In this document: positions 20,155 to 27,836 of the stretch, piece by piece
Numbering within the stretch: the stretch's first letter is position 1
Layout: each line of letters starts with the position of its first letter
DNA from: a virus
Lineage: Duplodnaviria > Caudoviricetes
IMG/VR virus record: IMGVR_UViG_3300032233_002213
Span: 1 to 42,570 of that record
Length of the DNA: 42,570 bases
Strand: one strand, 5' to 3'
The notes under the pieces: generated by a model
Seen by the model: only the letters and a program-made list of their open reading frames with translations
What the model was told of the DNA's origin: nothing
Databases searched by the model: none
Position numbers and translations under genes: made by a program

Positions 20155-21234
20155 ATGACAGTTACCACAGCTTCCTATAGCGTCGCTGCGAACTACACCC
20201 CAGCGCAGTTTGCAGCACAAGTTCGCGCGATGTTCATCGATGCGGGGCTGATGACTGATTGGGTTGGCAGCTCCTCCAGTGGCGGGGTAGAAAACCGGGT
20301 GCTTGAGATAACTTACGACCCCTCGAAAACATACGGAAAAACTTATTTATGGTTCCAGTTCCTTGGCGCGGATATGTTCTTTCATATCTCCACCGGCTGG
20401 AATACATCGACGAACATTCCGCAGGGCGTCGGCGGTGCTGTTGGCCTGCAGTATCTGGACTGGCTGAGCACTACCACCAGCGCAACGACCAACCACATGC
20501 GGGTGACCGCAAGCGGGGCGACGGGATTCAACTCCTCCCAGTCGGTGAGCATCCAGAGGCTCACCAGCAACGTGAGGACAAACTTCTCGGTCTTCCTGCT
20601 GGTGAATGGTTCGACTACTCTGCATTTCTTTATTGATAAGACGGCGCCTATTGCGTCACTGGTGGATCTGGACAAGGTCTGTTATGCCTCAATGATGTGG
20701 TGCAAGTTGTCTACGTCAAACAGGATTGGCCAGGCCAGCTTCCAGCTATTCTCGCCTCGTCTGCGGCGCTCTCACCTGGGCCAGGCTCTCCGTGGAATCA
20801 CCAGTGGCGGAGCTTACGGAGCGTCAAACACCGCACTCTCGCCGTGGGAAGTATGGTCTGGGGCTGCCAATCAGCTCGGAAATATCACGTATGGCGCAAT
20901 CGGCAACCTGAACTCAACAGGTGGCGGCGACAACTACGCATTTACAGTTTCGGTGGTCACGCTTCCGATCGCATTCAACAATACAAACCCCGCCTACTCG
21001 GCCGACGAAAGGCCGATATTCGAGAACCTGCTGCTCAATCTGAATTCAGCGGCAACGTTGCCGGAAGACTTCATAATTGTTGCCATTTATACCAGCAACA
21101 CTATAACGGTTGGATCGACCCTTGTAATAACGGCAGGCGTTGAGGAGTACATCGTAATAGCGGTAGCCAATGCCTCCACCTCCGTGCCCCTTGGCGAAGC
21201 CCCAACCATGATTTTCGCGGCACGCACCATCTGA
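20155..21234 (+). CDS. Structural tail/baseplate-associated protein
   Basis: 359 aa, Ser/Thr/Gly/Asn-rich and beta-rich, inside the tail module. Confidence 0.65.
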   Translation: MTVTTASYSVAANYTPAQFAAQVRAMFIDAGLMTDWVGSSSSGGVENRVLEITYDPSKTYGKTYLWFQFLGADMFFHISTGWNTSTNIPQGVGGAVGLQYLDWLSTTTSATTNHMRVTASGATGFNSSQSVSIQRLTSNVRTNFSVFLLVNGSTTLHFFIDKTAPIASLVDLDKVCYASMMWCKLSTSNRIGQASFQLFSPRLRRSHLGQALRGITSGGAYGASNTALSPWEVWSGAANQLGNITYGAIGNLNSTGGGDNYAFTVSVVTLPIAFNNTNPAYSADERPIFENLLLNLNSAATLPEDFIIVAIYTSNTITVGSTLVITAGVEEYIVIAVANASTSVPLGEAPTMIFAARTI

Positions 21235-21521
21235 TGGGCAAATCCCTCAACCTTCCCACCCTCGCCCTCACGCGGGGCGGCGTCAACCTTTCCCCCTCCC
21301 TGGTGAGGCCGCCCTTCAGTGGCGTCAGCGTGGGCGGCACCTCCGGCGCGGCACGGAGCCTGGCCCTGCCCACCCTGGCGATCACACGGGGCGGCGTCAA
21401 CCTGAACCCGTCGTTCCTGTCGCTGCTTGAAATCGTTATCGGGGGCAGCAACTGCCCGCCAGGGCGACGCTATCCGCCCTACGGTCAGCGTGGGGCCGAT
21501 GCCTGGGAGCTCGACGTATGA
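21234..21521 (+). CDS. Small tail-associated protein with internal repeat
   Basis: Two copies of SLxLPTLAxTRGGVNLxPS; overlap-coupled to neighbours. Confidence 0.6.
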   Translation: MGKSLNLPTLALTRGGVNLSPSLVRPPFSGVSVGGTSGAARSLALPTLAITRGGVNLNPSFLSLLEIVIGGSNCPPGRRYPPYGQRGADAWELDV

Positions 21522-21928
21522 CGATCTATTGGCCAAGTTCATTGATGGTCGATCTGTTTGAGAAGCGCCTTGGGGTGGGTGATTCCTACCGGGCGATCCT
21601 GCTCGGGCCGACCTATGAGTTCGTGCACAGCCACGCGAAACGGAGCGCTCTGACCGCCTTCGAGATCGCCGCCACCGGGGGCTATTCCACGGGCGGGGTG
21701 TCGGCCACGCTGAGCCACGCGGTGGACGCGAACGGCCTCTACGTGCTCACCCTTGGCGGCGTCTCCTTCGGCACGGGCCCTGTCACCGCTCGATGGGTGG
21801 CCTACGTCCGCTGGCGGGGCGGGGCGGCCTCGGTGGATGAGGTGGTGGCACTACTGGATCTGGGGCAGGCGGTGAGATCGGGCGGCCCCTTCGTAGTCCC
21901 AGCCCAGGCGATCCAGAATCCCCGCTGA
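21518..21928 (+). CDS. Structural protein
   Basis: EIAATGGYSTGG and TARWVAY patterns typical of phage tail-associated proteins; coupled to neighbours. Confidence 0.6.
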   Translation: MTIYWPSSLMVDLFEKRLGVGDSYRAILLGPTYEFVHSHAKRSALTAFEIAATGGYSTGGVSATLSHAVDANGLYVLTLGGVSFGTGPVTARWVAYVRWRGGAASVDEVVALLDLGQAVRSGGPFVVPAQAIQNPR

Positions 21929-22296
21929 TGGCCACGTTCCCCACGATCCAGGCCAGGGTGCGGGCCTACTCGCTTCCAACTACCGCCAGCTCGGGGCTGC
22001 AGCTGCTCACGGGCATGCGCGTGGACTGGCTGCGGGGGGAGATCAGCAGCAATGCCCCGATTTCGATTACGTTCCTGGCGCTCACTCGCGCCGTAGCGCT
22101 AACGGTCTCCAGCCACTACCGGGGGGAGAGACAGCATCGCGGGTTCGCAATACCTACATCGTTGTGGCAATCGCATGATGATCTATATGATTTAACACCT
22201 ATTGCAAATCAGGCCTATCGGTATGCGGCGCCCCCATCATTAACGGAACGGGATGGATTGTTTGACGTTACAATTCAGCTTGTGACTTTCTTTTGA
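21928..22296 (+). CDS. Distal-tail-like protein, paralog of the N-terminus of 19095..20150
   Basis: Shares the TFP, LT.A..L.V..HY, F.[LI]P, [WY]RY...P and F.V pattern. Confidence 0.6.
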   Translation: MATFPTIQARVRAYSLPTTASSGLQLLTGMRVDWLRGEISSNAPISITFLALTRAVALTVSSHYRGERQHRGFAIPTSLWQSHDDLYDLTPIANQAYRYAAPPSLTERDGLFDVTIQLVTFF

Positions 22297-22299
22297 TTT

Positions 22300-23049
22300 A
22301 TGTCGGAAGACCTGGCCTCAGTGCGTGATGCGGTGGAGCACGCGGTGAAGACGGGCCGGCTGGAGCCCCATCAGCTGGCGGCGCTCTCGAAACATGACGA
22401 GGGCCTCACGCTGGCCCAGCGGCAGGAGTTCACCGAGGGCTGGCGAGCGAAGGGCTCCCCTGCGGAGCCGGAGCCGCCCCGCCCCCCGCTGCTCCAGGTG
22501 GCGGCGCCCTACTTCGCGCAGCTCGACAGCGCAACTGGCCAGGGGGCCCGGATGTGCTTCTCCTCCACCTGTGCCATGGCGGCGGAGGCACTGATTCCCG
22601 GTTGCCTGGCAGGGCCTGGGCAGCCCGACGACCGCTACCTGGCGATTGTGGAGAGATTCGGCGACACCACCGAAGCGACGGCGCAGATCAAGGCACTGGC
22701 CAGCCTGGGAATCAAGGCCCGGTTTCGCACCGATGGCGAGCTGGAATCCCTGCGGGCGAAACTCCGCGAGGGAGTCCCGATCCCGGTCGGCTGGCTGCAC
22801 AGGGGGCCAGTGACTGCTCCCACGGGCGGCGGCCATTGGAGCCTGGTGAGGGGCTGGGACGCGGCGGCCCGGCACGTGATCCACAACGATCCAAACGGTG
22901 AGGCGGCGCTCGTGAGCGGCGGCTACGCGACCACCGCCATTGGTTCCGGCAGGGGCGTGCGCTACTCCTGGCAGAACTGGGGCCCCCGCTGGATGGCTGA
23001 CGGAGTGGGCTCCGGCTGGTGGCTTGACCTGAGCAAGCCTTCGAGCTGA
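22300..23049 (+). CDS. Putative endolysin with C39-like cysteine peptidase domain
   Basis: PYFAQLD (oxyanion Q), MCFSSTCAM (Cys), GGHWSLVRG (His), HNDPNG (Asp); last gene of the late arm. Confidence 0.8.
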   Translation: MSEDLASVRDAVEHAVKTGRLEPHQLAALSKHDEGLTLAQRQEFTEGWRAKGSPAEPEPPRPPLLQVAAPYFAQLDSATGQGARMCFSSTCAMAAEALIPGCLAGPGQPDDRYLAIVERFGDTTEATAQIKALASLGIKARFRTDGELESLRAKLREGVPIPVGWLHRGPVTAPTGGGHWSLVRGWDAAARHVIHNDPNGEAALVSGGYATTAIGSGRGVRYSWQNWGPRWMADGVGSGWWLDLSKPSS

Positions 23050-23246
23050 TCCCTGCGGCACCTGCCGGCGCGGTCAGGGCGGCGGCGCCGGTCGTACTCC
23101 GCCCAGGCTTCCTCGCCAGCCACCAGCAGGGCCAGGGCTTCAAGCCGGGTCTTGGCAACCACGCACAGCCCCCGCGAGCACAGGCGCCAGCAGCAGCCGT
23201 CAGGGCCGTCAACTGCTGACCACTCCAGGTCCAGATCGTCGGTCAC
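22962..23246 (-). CDS. Hypothetical protein
   Basis: GTGA-coupled to the upstream gene; 3' end overlaps the lysin convergently by 88 bp. Confidence 0.4.
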   Translation of the reverse strand: MTDDLDLEWSAVDGPDGCCWRLCSRGLCVVAKTRLEALALLVAGEEAWAEYDRRRRPDRAGRCRRDQLEGLLRSSHQPEPTPSAIQRGPQFCQE

Positions 23247-23527
23247 AGGGCCTCGATCCAGCGGAGCTGGAAGACCGCTTCAATGCCCTTCCTGCCGGGG
23301 CGGTGGTGGCCCATGGCCTGGACTCGCTGCCCGGGTTGGAGGAGGTGGCAGATGTCAGCCATGGCTTTGCCCGTGCCGGTGCAGGGCACACCGCCGCCGT
23401 TGGGCGTGCAAATGGCCAGGAAGACCACAAATCCGTTTTTAACTGACTCAAGCGGTGTGATCACGATGTTTGAGGCCTGTCCCTCCAGCGTGACCAGTCC
23501 GGGCGGGGCTTTCTTGGGGTGTTTCAT
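23243..23527 (-). CDS. Hypothetical protein, possible OB fold
   Basis: VTLEG...ADICHLLQPGQRVQAMG resembles an OB fold. Confidence 0.55.
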   Translation of the reverse strand: MKHPKKAPPGLVTLEGQASNIVITPLESVKNGFVVFLAICTPNGGGVPCTGTGKAMADICHLLQPGQRVQAMGHHRPGRKGIEAVFQLRWIEAL

Positions 23528-23536
23528 GGGTGGGTG

Positions 23537-24172
23537 TCAGATGATCATGGGCGGCGGCTGGCTGGCTTGGTGCTTTGGCGGGGGAGTCCAGCCCCACATT
23601 GCCAGCCATTCGCGGAGAGCGGCACCGGAGCCGCCATAGGCGGGGATCGGGGCCAGGGCTTCGAGCACCTCGTCACCTTTCCCGGCGATGCGGGAGGCGC
23701 CAGCGCCTGCGGATCCCCGCCAGCAGATGAACTCACCGGAGGACAGCCGATCAACGGCGAGGCCCTGGCCCGTGGGCTCCCTCGAGTAGGCAAACTCACC
23801 GGACTCCAGCCGATCGACGGCGATCCCCTCGCACCGGAACCGGGTGGGCCTCCCTTCTGCCGGGGCAGACAGTGCCAGCAGCCGCAGGGCGTTGCTGATC
23901 TCGGGGGACCAGTGCACTTCGCGGGCGAACTGGCGCCAGTTGGGGTCGTCGGTGGTCATGGCTGGGGGTGGTGTCGGTGCTTTGCGGCGCCTGTAGAAGT
24001 CGATGTGCGGTGGCGCAGGTGGCATTGGCACGCAGTTGCCGTTGCTGTCCGCGCCAGCTCGATAGCGGTTACGAGGGCTGTAGCGGCTGAATCGGTGATG
24101 CCACGGCCAGCCGCAGAGGACCAGGCCGAATAGGGCGCCCATGGAGAACCATGCAAGAGGTTCGGGGATCAT
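23537..24172 (-). CDS. Hypothetical membrane-anchored protein (apparent fusion of two genes)
   Basis: N-terminal TM segment; internal ATG at 23959; duplicated GxAVDRLxSGEF. Confidence 0.55.
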   Translation of the reverse strand: MIPEPLAWFSMGALFGLVLCGWPWHHRFSRYSPRNRYRAGADSNGNCVPMPPAPPHIDFYRRRKAPTPPPAMTTDDPNWRQFAREVHWSPEISNALRLLALSAPAEGRPTRFRCEGIAVDRLESGEFAYSREPTGQGLAVDRLSSGEFICWRGSAGAGASRIAGKGDEVLEALAPIPAYGGSGAALREWLAMWGWTPPPKHQASQPPPMII

Positions 24173-24396
24173 GGTTGGGGTGGGGTTGGGGGTTTGCTCG
24201 CTCGGCGCCTACGAAGCTCAATGGCAATGTCGCGATCTAGCTGGCGGTTGATGGCCGCTGCGACATCGGGCGGCGGTGTGAGCAGCCAGTCCAATGAGTT
24301 GCCGGGCGGTGGTGGGTCACCGCCTCGGCGGCGACGGTAACGCCAAGGAACTTCGAAGCGCTGGTGGCAATAATTGGCAAATGTTGCAATAAGCAC
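24169..24396 (-). CDS. Hypothetical protein, paralog of the N-terminal part of 23537..24172 (true start may be 24438)
   Basis: HQRF...RYR...GN...RRR...PTPPQP; ATGA-coupled downstream. Confidence 0.55.
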   Translation of the reverse strand: MLIATFANYCHQRFEVPWRYRRRRGGDPPPPGNSLDWLLTPPPDVAAAINRQLDRDIAIELRRRRASKPPTPPQP

Positions 24397-24434
24397 TCCA
24401 GCAACAATTCCTAGCTGAAAAGCATCAAAGCGAC

Positions 24435-24860
24435 TTATGACACCTCAAGCAACGCCCGCCTAGTTTCGGCCGGCAACTCCTCCACCGGCACATCAAAAAA
24501 TCCCGGCATACCGCGCCATGGCGTGAACGGGAGCGGTCTTGGATCCCTCAGGAGGAAGCCGTGCTTACCCATGAACCAGTGAGAAGGCGAATGTGTCACG
24601 CAAGCGTAAATCTCAACGCTTCCGATTATTCCGCCGAGCTGGATGTTTTCGTAGGTAAGCTTTGCCCTGGCGGCTTTTAACGGTGCACCTGTATCGTAAC
24701 TAAACGACCAGGCGTGGTCCCATTCCCTTTTGGTCATCGTCTTTGCCGCATGAATCAAGACCCGACCGCGCACTTTGGTGGGCCAATCGCGGTTTTCGAC
24801 GTCTTTGCCGCCGTGGATGATCATCCACGCCCAGGGCTGGCGGACGCTTAGGGCGAGCAT
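24435..24860 (-). CDS. ASCH domain protein
   Basis: ALSVRQPWAW...GGKDVENRDW...RGRVLIHAAK...GGIIGSVEI...RGMPGFF; GGAGG upstream of ATG 24860. Confidence 0.92.
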   Translation of the reverse strand: MLALSVRQPWAWMIIHGGKDVENRDWPTKVRGRVLIHAAKTMTKREWDHAWSFSYDTGAPLKAARAKLTYENIQLGGIIGSVEIYACVTHSPSHWFMGKHGFLLRDPRPLPFTPWRGMPGFFDVPVEELPAETRRALLEVS

Positions 24861-25807
24861 GGCTGCCCCTCCGCCATTTCCTTGGCGCCAGACGAATGGC
24901 CGCCAGGCAGGGGGATGGCCCACCATGGAGCCCATGCCAGAGCTTCATCAGAGAGCCATTGGCGGCGCATCATTCGCCAACAGCCGCTGTAGGGGATCGG
25001 GTCGTCTCGATCCATTCCGCCAGGCCACACCCATCCCCAACACCATTGCCCTTGGCCATTGCGAGGGTTGGGGCAGCAGTCATCAGGCCCTGGCAGCCGC
25101 TTAGAGGCCGGGATGGGCTGGAAGGTGGGGCGGCCGTAGCGGGCAAGCACGGTGTGGGCAAAGGCACGGTGATCAAACGTCTCTTGTCGTTCGAACACTT
25201 CCCGGCATCCTTGGCCTGGCTCGTACTCAACAACGCTGTCCAGCTTCCAGTGTTTTCGCTCTAAAGCGTCTAGGTCTGCATCCGTCGGTTTTACCCCTTC
25301 CTGTTGTGGCTGGAGCGCAAGGCGACCATAGCGGGCCAGGGCGAACTGAGTCCATTCAATGAAGGGGGCAAGCGGCGCGGCGCCCCACAGCTCCAGTGCG
25401 CGGGTGATCAGCCTGGCTCCCGCGCCCTCGGGGAGCACAGTTCCCAGCATCTCATCAACCAGATCGCTCATGTTCTCCTCCGTCGGGAGCAGCGCAGGAC
25501 TGGACGGCGCCACCCCAGACAGGCGGTTCAGGTGCTCGATTGAGCTGAGGCCATTGCTGAAGTCCGGGTCGTGGAGAGCGGCCAGGTCAACCGGGAAGGG
25601 TTGCGTCCGCGCAGCCCCGGCGCACGCTGTCCCGGCCACGGTGATCAGGTGCTCCTGAATCGCCTCCTTCAGCTCCCATAGTTTGATTCGCCCCACCCGG
25701 GCGCCGTCTTCCGTGCGCCACCAGCCGCCCTTGGGGTCGTCTTCCTGGCGGTCGATGCCGTCGAGGATGGCGTCAATTCGATTGAATAGCTGATTGCTGT
25801 TGCTCAT
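24848..25807 (-). CDS. Modular hypothetical protein with repeated LARYGR units
   Basis: ATG at 25807; two FA..LARYGR...QP units; Trp-rich C-terminus. Confidence 0.7.
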   Translation of the reverse strand: MSNSNQLFNRIDAILDGIDRQEDDPKGGWWRTEDGARVGRIKLWELKEAIQEHLITVAGTACAGAARTQPFPVDLAALHDPDFSNGLSSIEHLNRLSGVAPSSPALLPTEENMSDLVDEMLGTVLPEGAGARLITRALELWGAAPLAPFIEWTQFALARYGRLALQPQQEGVKPTDADLDALERKHWKLDSVVEYEPGQGCREVFERQETFDHRAFAHTVLARYGRPTFQPIPASKRLPGPDDCCPNPRNGQGQWCWGWVWPGGMDRDDPIPYSGCWRMMRRQWLSDEALAWAPWWAIPLPGGHSSGAKEMAEGQPCSP

Positions 25808-26132
25808 TAGAATCCTTCGGTGGTGGTTGTGTAGTCTTTTCTGCAATCTTGTTCAGCTTCCCCTGAATCTCGCCGAGCTTGTCTTTGATTGCTAGCTGAA
25901 CATCAAGCGGTAAGGCTTGAAAATCTTCCAGGATGTTGTCATCTACTGCCCCCGCAACCGCCACAGAAGCATCCAGCAAAAGCAGCAGGGCCCGAACGGT
26001 GCGCTCGTTGCGAGGTGCGACGCCAATGACACCGGCCGTTGTCAACTGTGAATACAGGCTCGCCGAGGCAAGCAGTGAGGTTACAGAGTGCTCGTACCAA
26101 AGATCTCTTGACATATTTTCAGTAGTGCTCAT
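25773..26132 (-). CDS. Hypothetical protein
   Basis: GGAGGA upstream of ATG 26132; helical protein of 119 aa. Confidence 0.6.
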   Translation of the reverse strand: MSTTENMSRDLWYEHSVTSLLASASLYSQLTTAGVIGVAPRNERTVRALLLLLDASVAVAGAVDDNILEDFQALPLDVQLAIKDKLGEIQGKLNKIAEKTTQPPPKDSNEQQQSAIQSN

Positions 26133-26245
26133 CTGTCCTCCTGGCGGGTGGCCATGATCCAACCGATGGGGGCGCCCAGTGCGACGCCCAAAAGGGTTCC
26201 GAGCGATAGGAACCAGAGGCAAAGGATCTCTGTGGTGCTGATCAT
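26129..26245 (-). CDS. 38-aa single-TM peptide (not in ORF track)
   Basis: Hand translation MISTTEILCLWFLSLGTLLGVALGAPIGWIMATRQEDR; ATGA overlaps at both ends. Confidence 0.6.
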   Translation of the reverse strand: MISTTEILCLWFLSLGTLLGVALGAPIGWIMATRQEDR

Positions 26246-26604
26246 CGATTGCCCCTCCTGTGCAGGGAGGGGGAACGCTCCTCGGCGGTCGGGACCTCGC
26301 GTCTGTAGTCGTCGGCAAGGTCGTCGGCGGGTATGGTGTCAAGGGGGAAGGCCTCAAGCGCTGCGGCACATCCCTTTGTGAGTGCTATTTCTTGAAAGGC
26401 CCTTTGCAGTTCTTCCAGTGTCGCGGGAGGCGGGCCAATCTCCAACAGCTCCACCTCCGGCCTGGTGGGCGGCCTCCATCCCAGCCCCGCCAGGATGAGG
26501 CTGATTCCAGGGACGAGCAGCTGTGTTGTGATGGTGCCGATGGCGTCACTGATTAGGAGAATGGCTGTGATGACCAGCTCTTCTGTGGGTTTGATTGTTT
26601 TCAT
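26242..26604 (-). CDS. Hypothetical membrane protein
   Basis: ATG at 26604; long hydrophobic N-terminal region. Confidence 0.55.
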   Translation of the reverse strand: MKTIKPTEELVITAILLISDAIGTITTQLLVPGISLILAGLGWRPPTRPEVELLEIGPPPATLEELQRAFQEIALTKGCAAALEAFPLDTIPADDLADDYRREVPTAEERSPSLHRRGNR

Positions 26605-26629
26605 GTGGGTGCGGGTGAGCGATTGAACC

Positions 26630-26893
26630 CTAGGATGCACTAGGGGAAGGATCTGTAGTGCTGTCGCCATCTGTAACACTACCGGCGAGCATTTCGCCGA
26701 ACAGGGATTCCATTGGGTAGCGGTAGTCGCTGCATACTCGCCGGTAGTTCTCGGAACAACGGATGTGCCTGATGACGATCGCCAGGTGCGCCTGCGCAAT
26801 CAGCGCATCATCGGCGCTGTAGGACTGAGGTGGCGGGGCGCCCAGGGCCATGTCTGATTGGTCGATCATCAGCTGCCAGAGCGGTTTGGTCAT
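26630..26893 (-). CDS. Hypothetical protein
   Basis: ATGA-coupled to the upstream gene; MTKPLWQLM start. Confidence 0.55.
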   Translation of the reverse strand: MTKPLWQLMIDQSDMALGAPPPQSYSADDALIAQAHLAIVIRHIRCSENYRRVCSDYRYPMESLFGEMLAGSVTDGDSTTDPSPSAS

Positions 26894-27141
26894 CGCGGCA
26901 CCGCTCGCACCGTGGTGGTCATGCCCTGCCCCAGTGTGGCCAGGACCTTGCGGCGCTCAATGGCCACCTCCAGGGTGGGGGTCAGCCAGGCATCACCGAC
27001 CGAACTGCTCAGGCTGAGGCCTGGGAGCCAGGTCACCTCTCCCAGGTGGTAAGGCAGCTCAGCGAGGCTGGCCTTGCTCACCCTGGCGGGGCGTGCAACC
27101 CACTGGCGGCCCCGGACGAGGCCGTAGAGAGGGGTGCTCAA
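26890..27141 (-). CDS. Hypothetical protein
   Basis: TTGA overlap with the ssb stop, GAGGAGG upstream; ATGA overlap downstream. Confidence 0.5.
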   Translation of the reverse strand: MSTPLYGLVRGRQWVARPARVSKASLAELPYHLGEVTWLPGLSLSSSVGDAWLTPTLEVAIERRKVLATLGQGMTTTVRAVPR

Positions 27142-27803
27142 AATGGCACCTCCTCATCGCGGATGTCTTGGCCGCCATGCTGCTCCGCGTCGCGCCTGCT
27201 GCCCATCAACCTCAGGTCATCCACGTGGACCACGGGCTTGCTGCGCTCCTCGGCGGTGGTGCGATCGGTCCAGAAGTCCAGCTCAAACCTGCCGACGATG
27301 CCCAGCAGTAATCCCTTGCGCACATAGTCAGCTGCAACCTGGGCCTGCTTGCCCCAGATCTCAAGGTTGAACCAATCGGGATCGGGCTGGTCCTTGCCGG
27401 GCGCAGGCTTGGCCCCGGGTCGCTTCACGGCAAGGGTGACGTTGGCCACGCACTTCCCAGACTCGAAGTAGCGAACCTCAGGATCCCGCCCGGCACGGCC
27501 CACCAGGGTGATCCTGTTTGCGCCCGGCATATCCACCGGATGAACCTGGCTGAGGCCGCTGATCCGCAGCTCAGGCGTCTCCCTGGGTTCCACTCGAAGG
27601 GAACCCTCCAGGATCAGGTACTCGTCAAGCCGCGCATCCGCCAGGAGGGTGGCCATGCTCTCGGCCTTTTCGTTCACCCAGGCGATGATCTGGGTGGGCT
27701 TGTCTGCCTCGTTGTGCGGGGCGATCTCAAGGGCCCGCGTGATGCGGGAACCGTGCTGCACTGGCGCCGCGATGACGCGGGCCAGGACTGTGATGCTGTT
27801 CAT
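27138..27803 (-). CDS. ssb: Single-stranded DNA-binding protein with two OB folds
   Basis: The C-terminal domain NRITLVGRAGRDPEVRYFESG...DWFNLEIWGKQAQVAADYVRKG...SKPVV is cyanobacterial-type SSB with an acidic tail EEVPF. There is an extra N-terminal OB-like domain. Confidence 0.92.
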   Translation of the reverse strand: MNSITVLARVIAAPVQHGSRITRALEIAPHNEADKPTQIIAWVNEKAESMATLLADARLDEYLILEGSLRVEPRETPELRISGLSQVHPVDMPGANRITLVGRAGRDPEVRYFESGKCVANVTLAVKRPGAKPAPGKDQPDPDWFNLEIWGKQAQVAADYVRKGLLLGIVGRFELDFWTDRTTAEERSKPVVHVDDLRLMGSRRDAEQHGGQDIRDEEVPF

Positions 27804-27836
27804 GTGTATCGGGTTGGGTGAATAGTTGGCGGGGTG

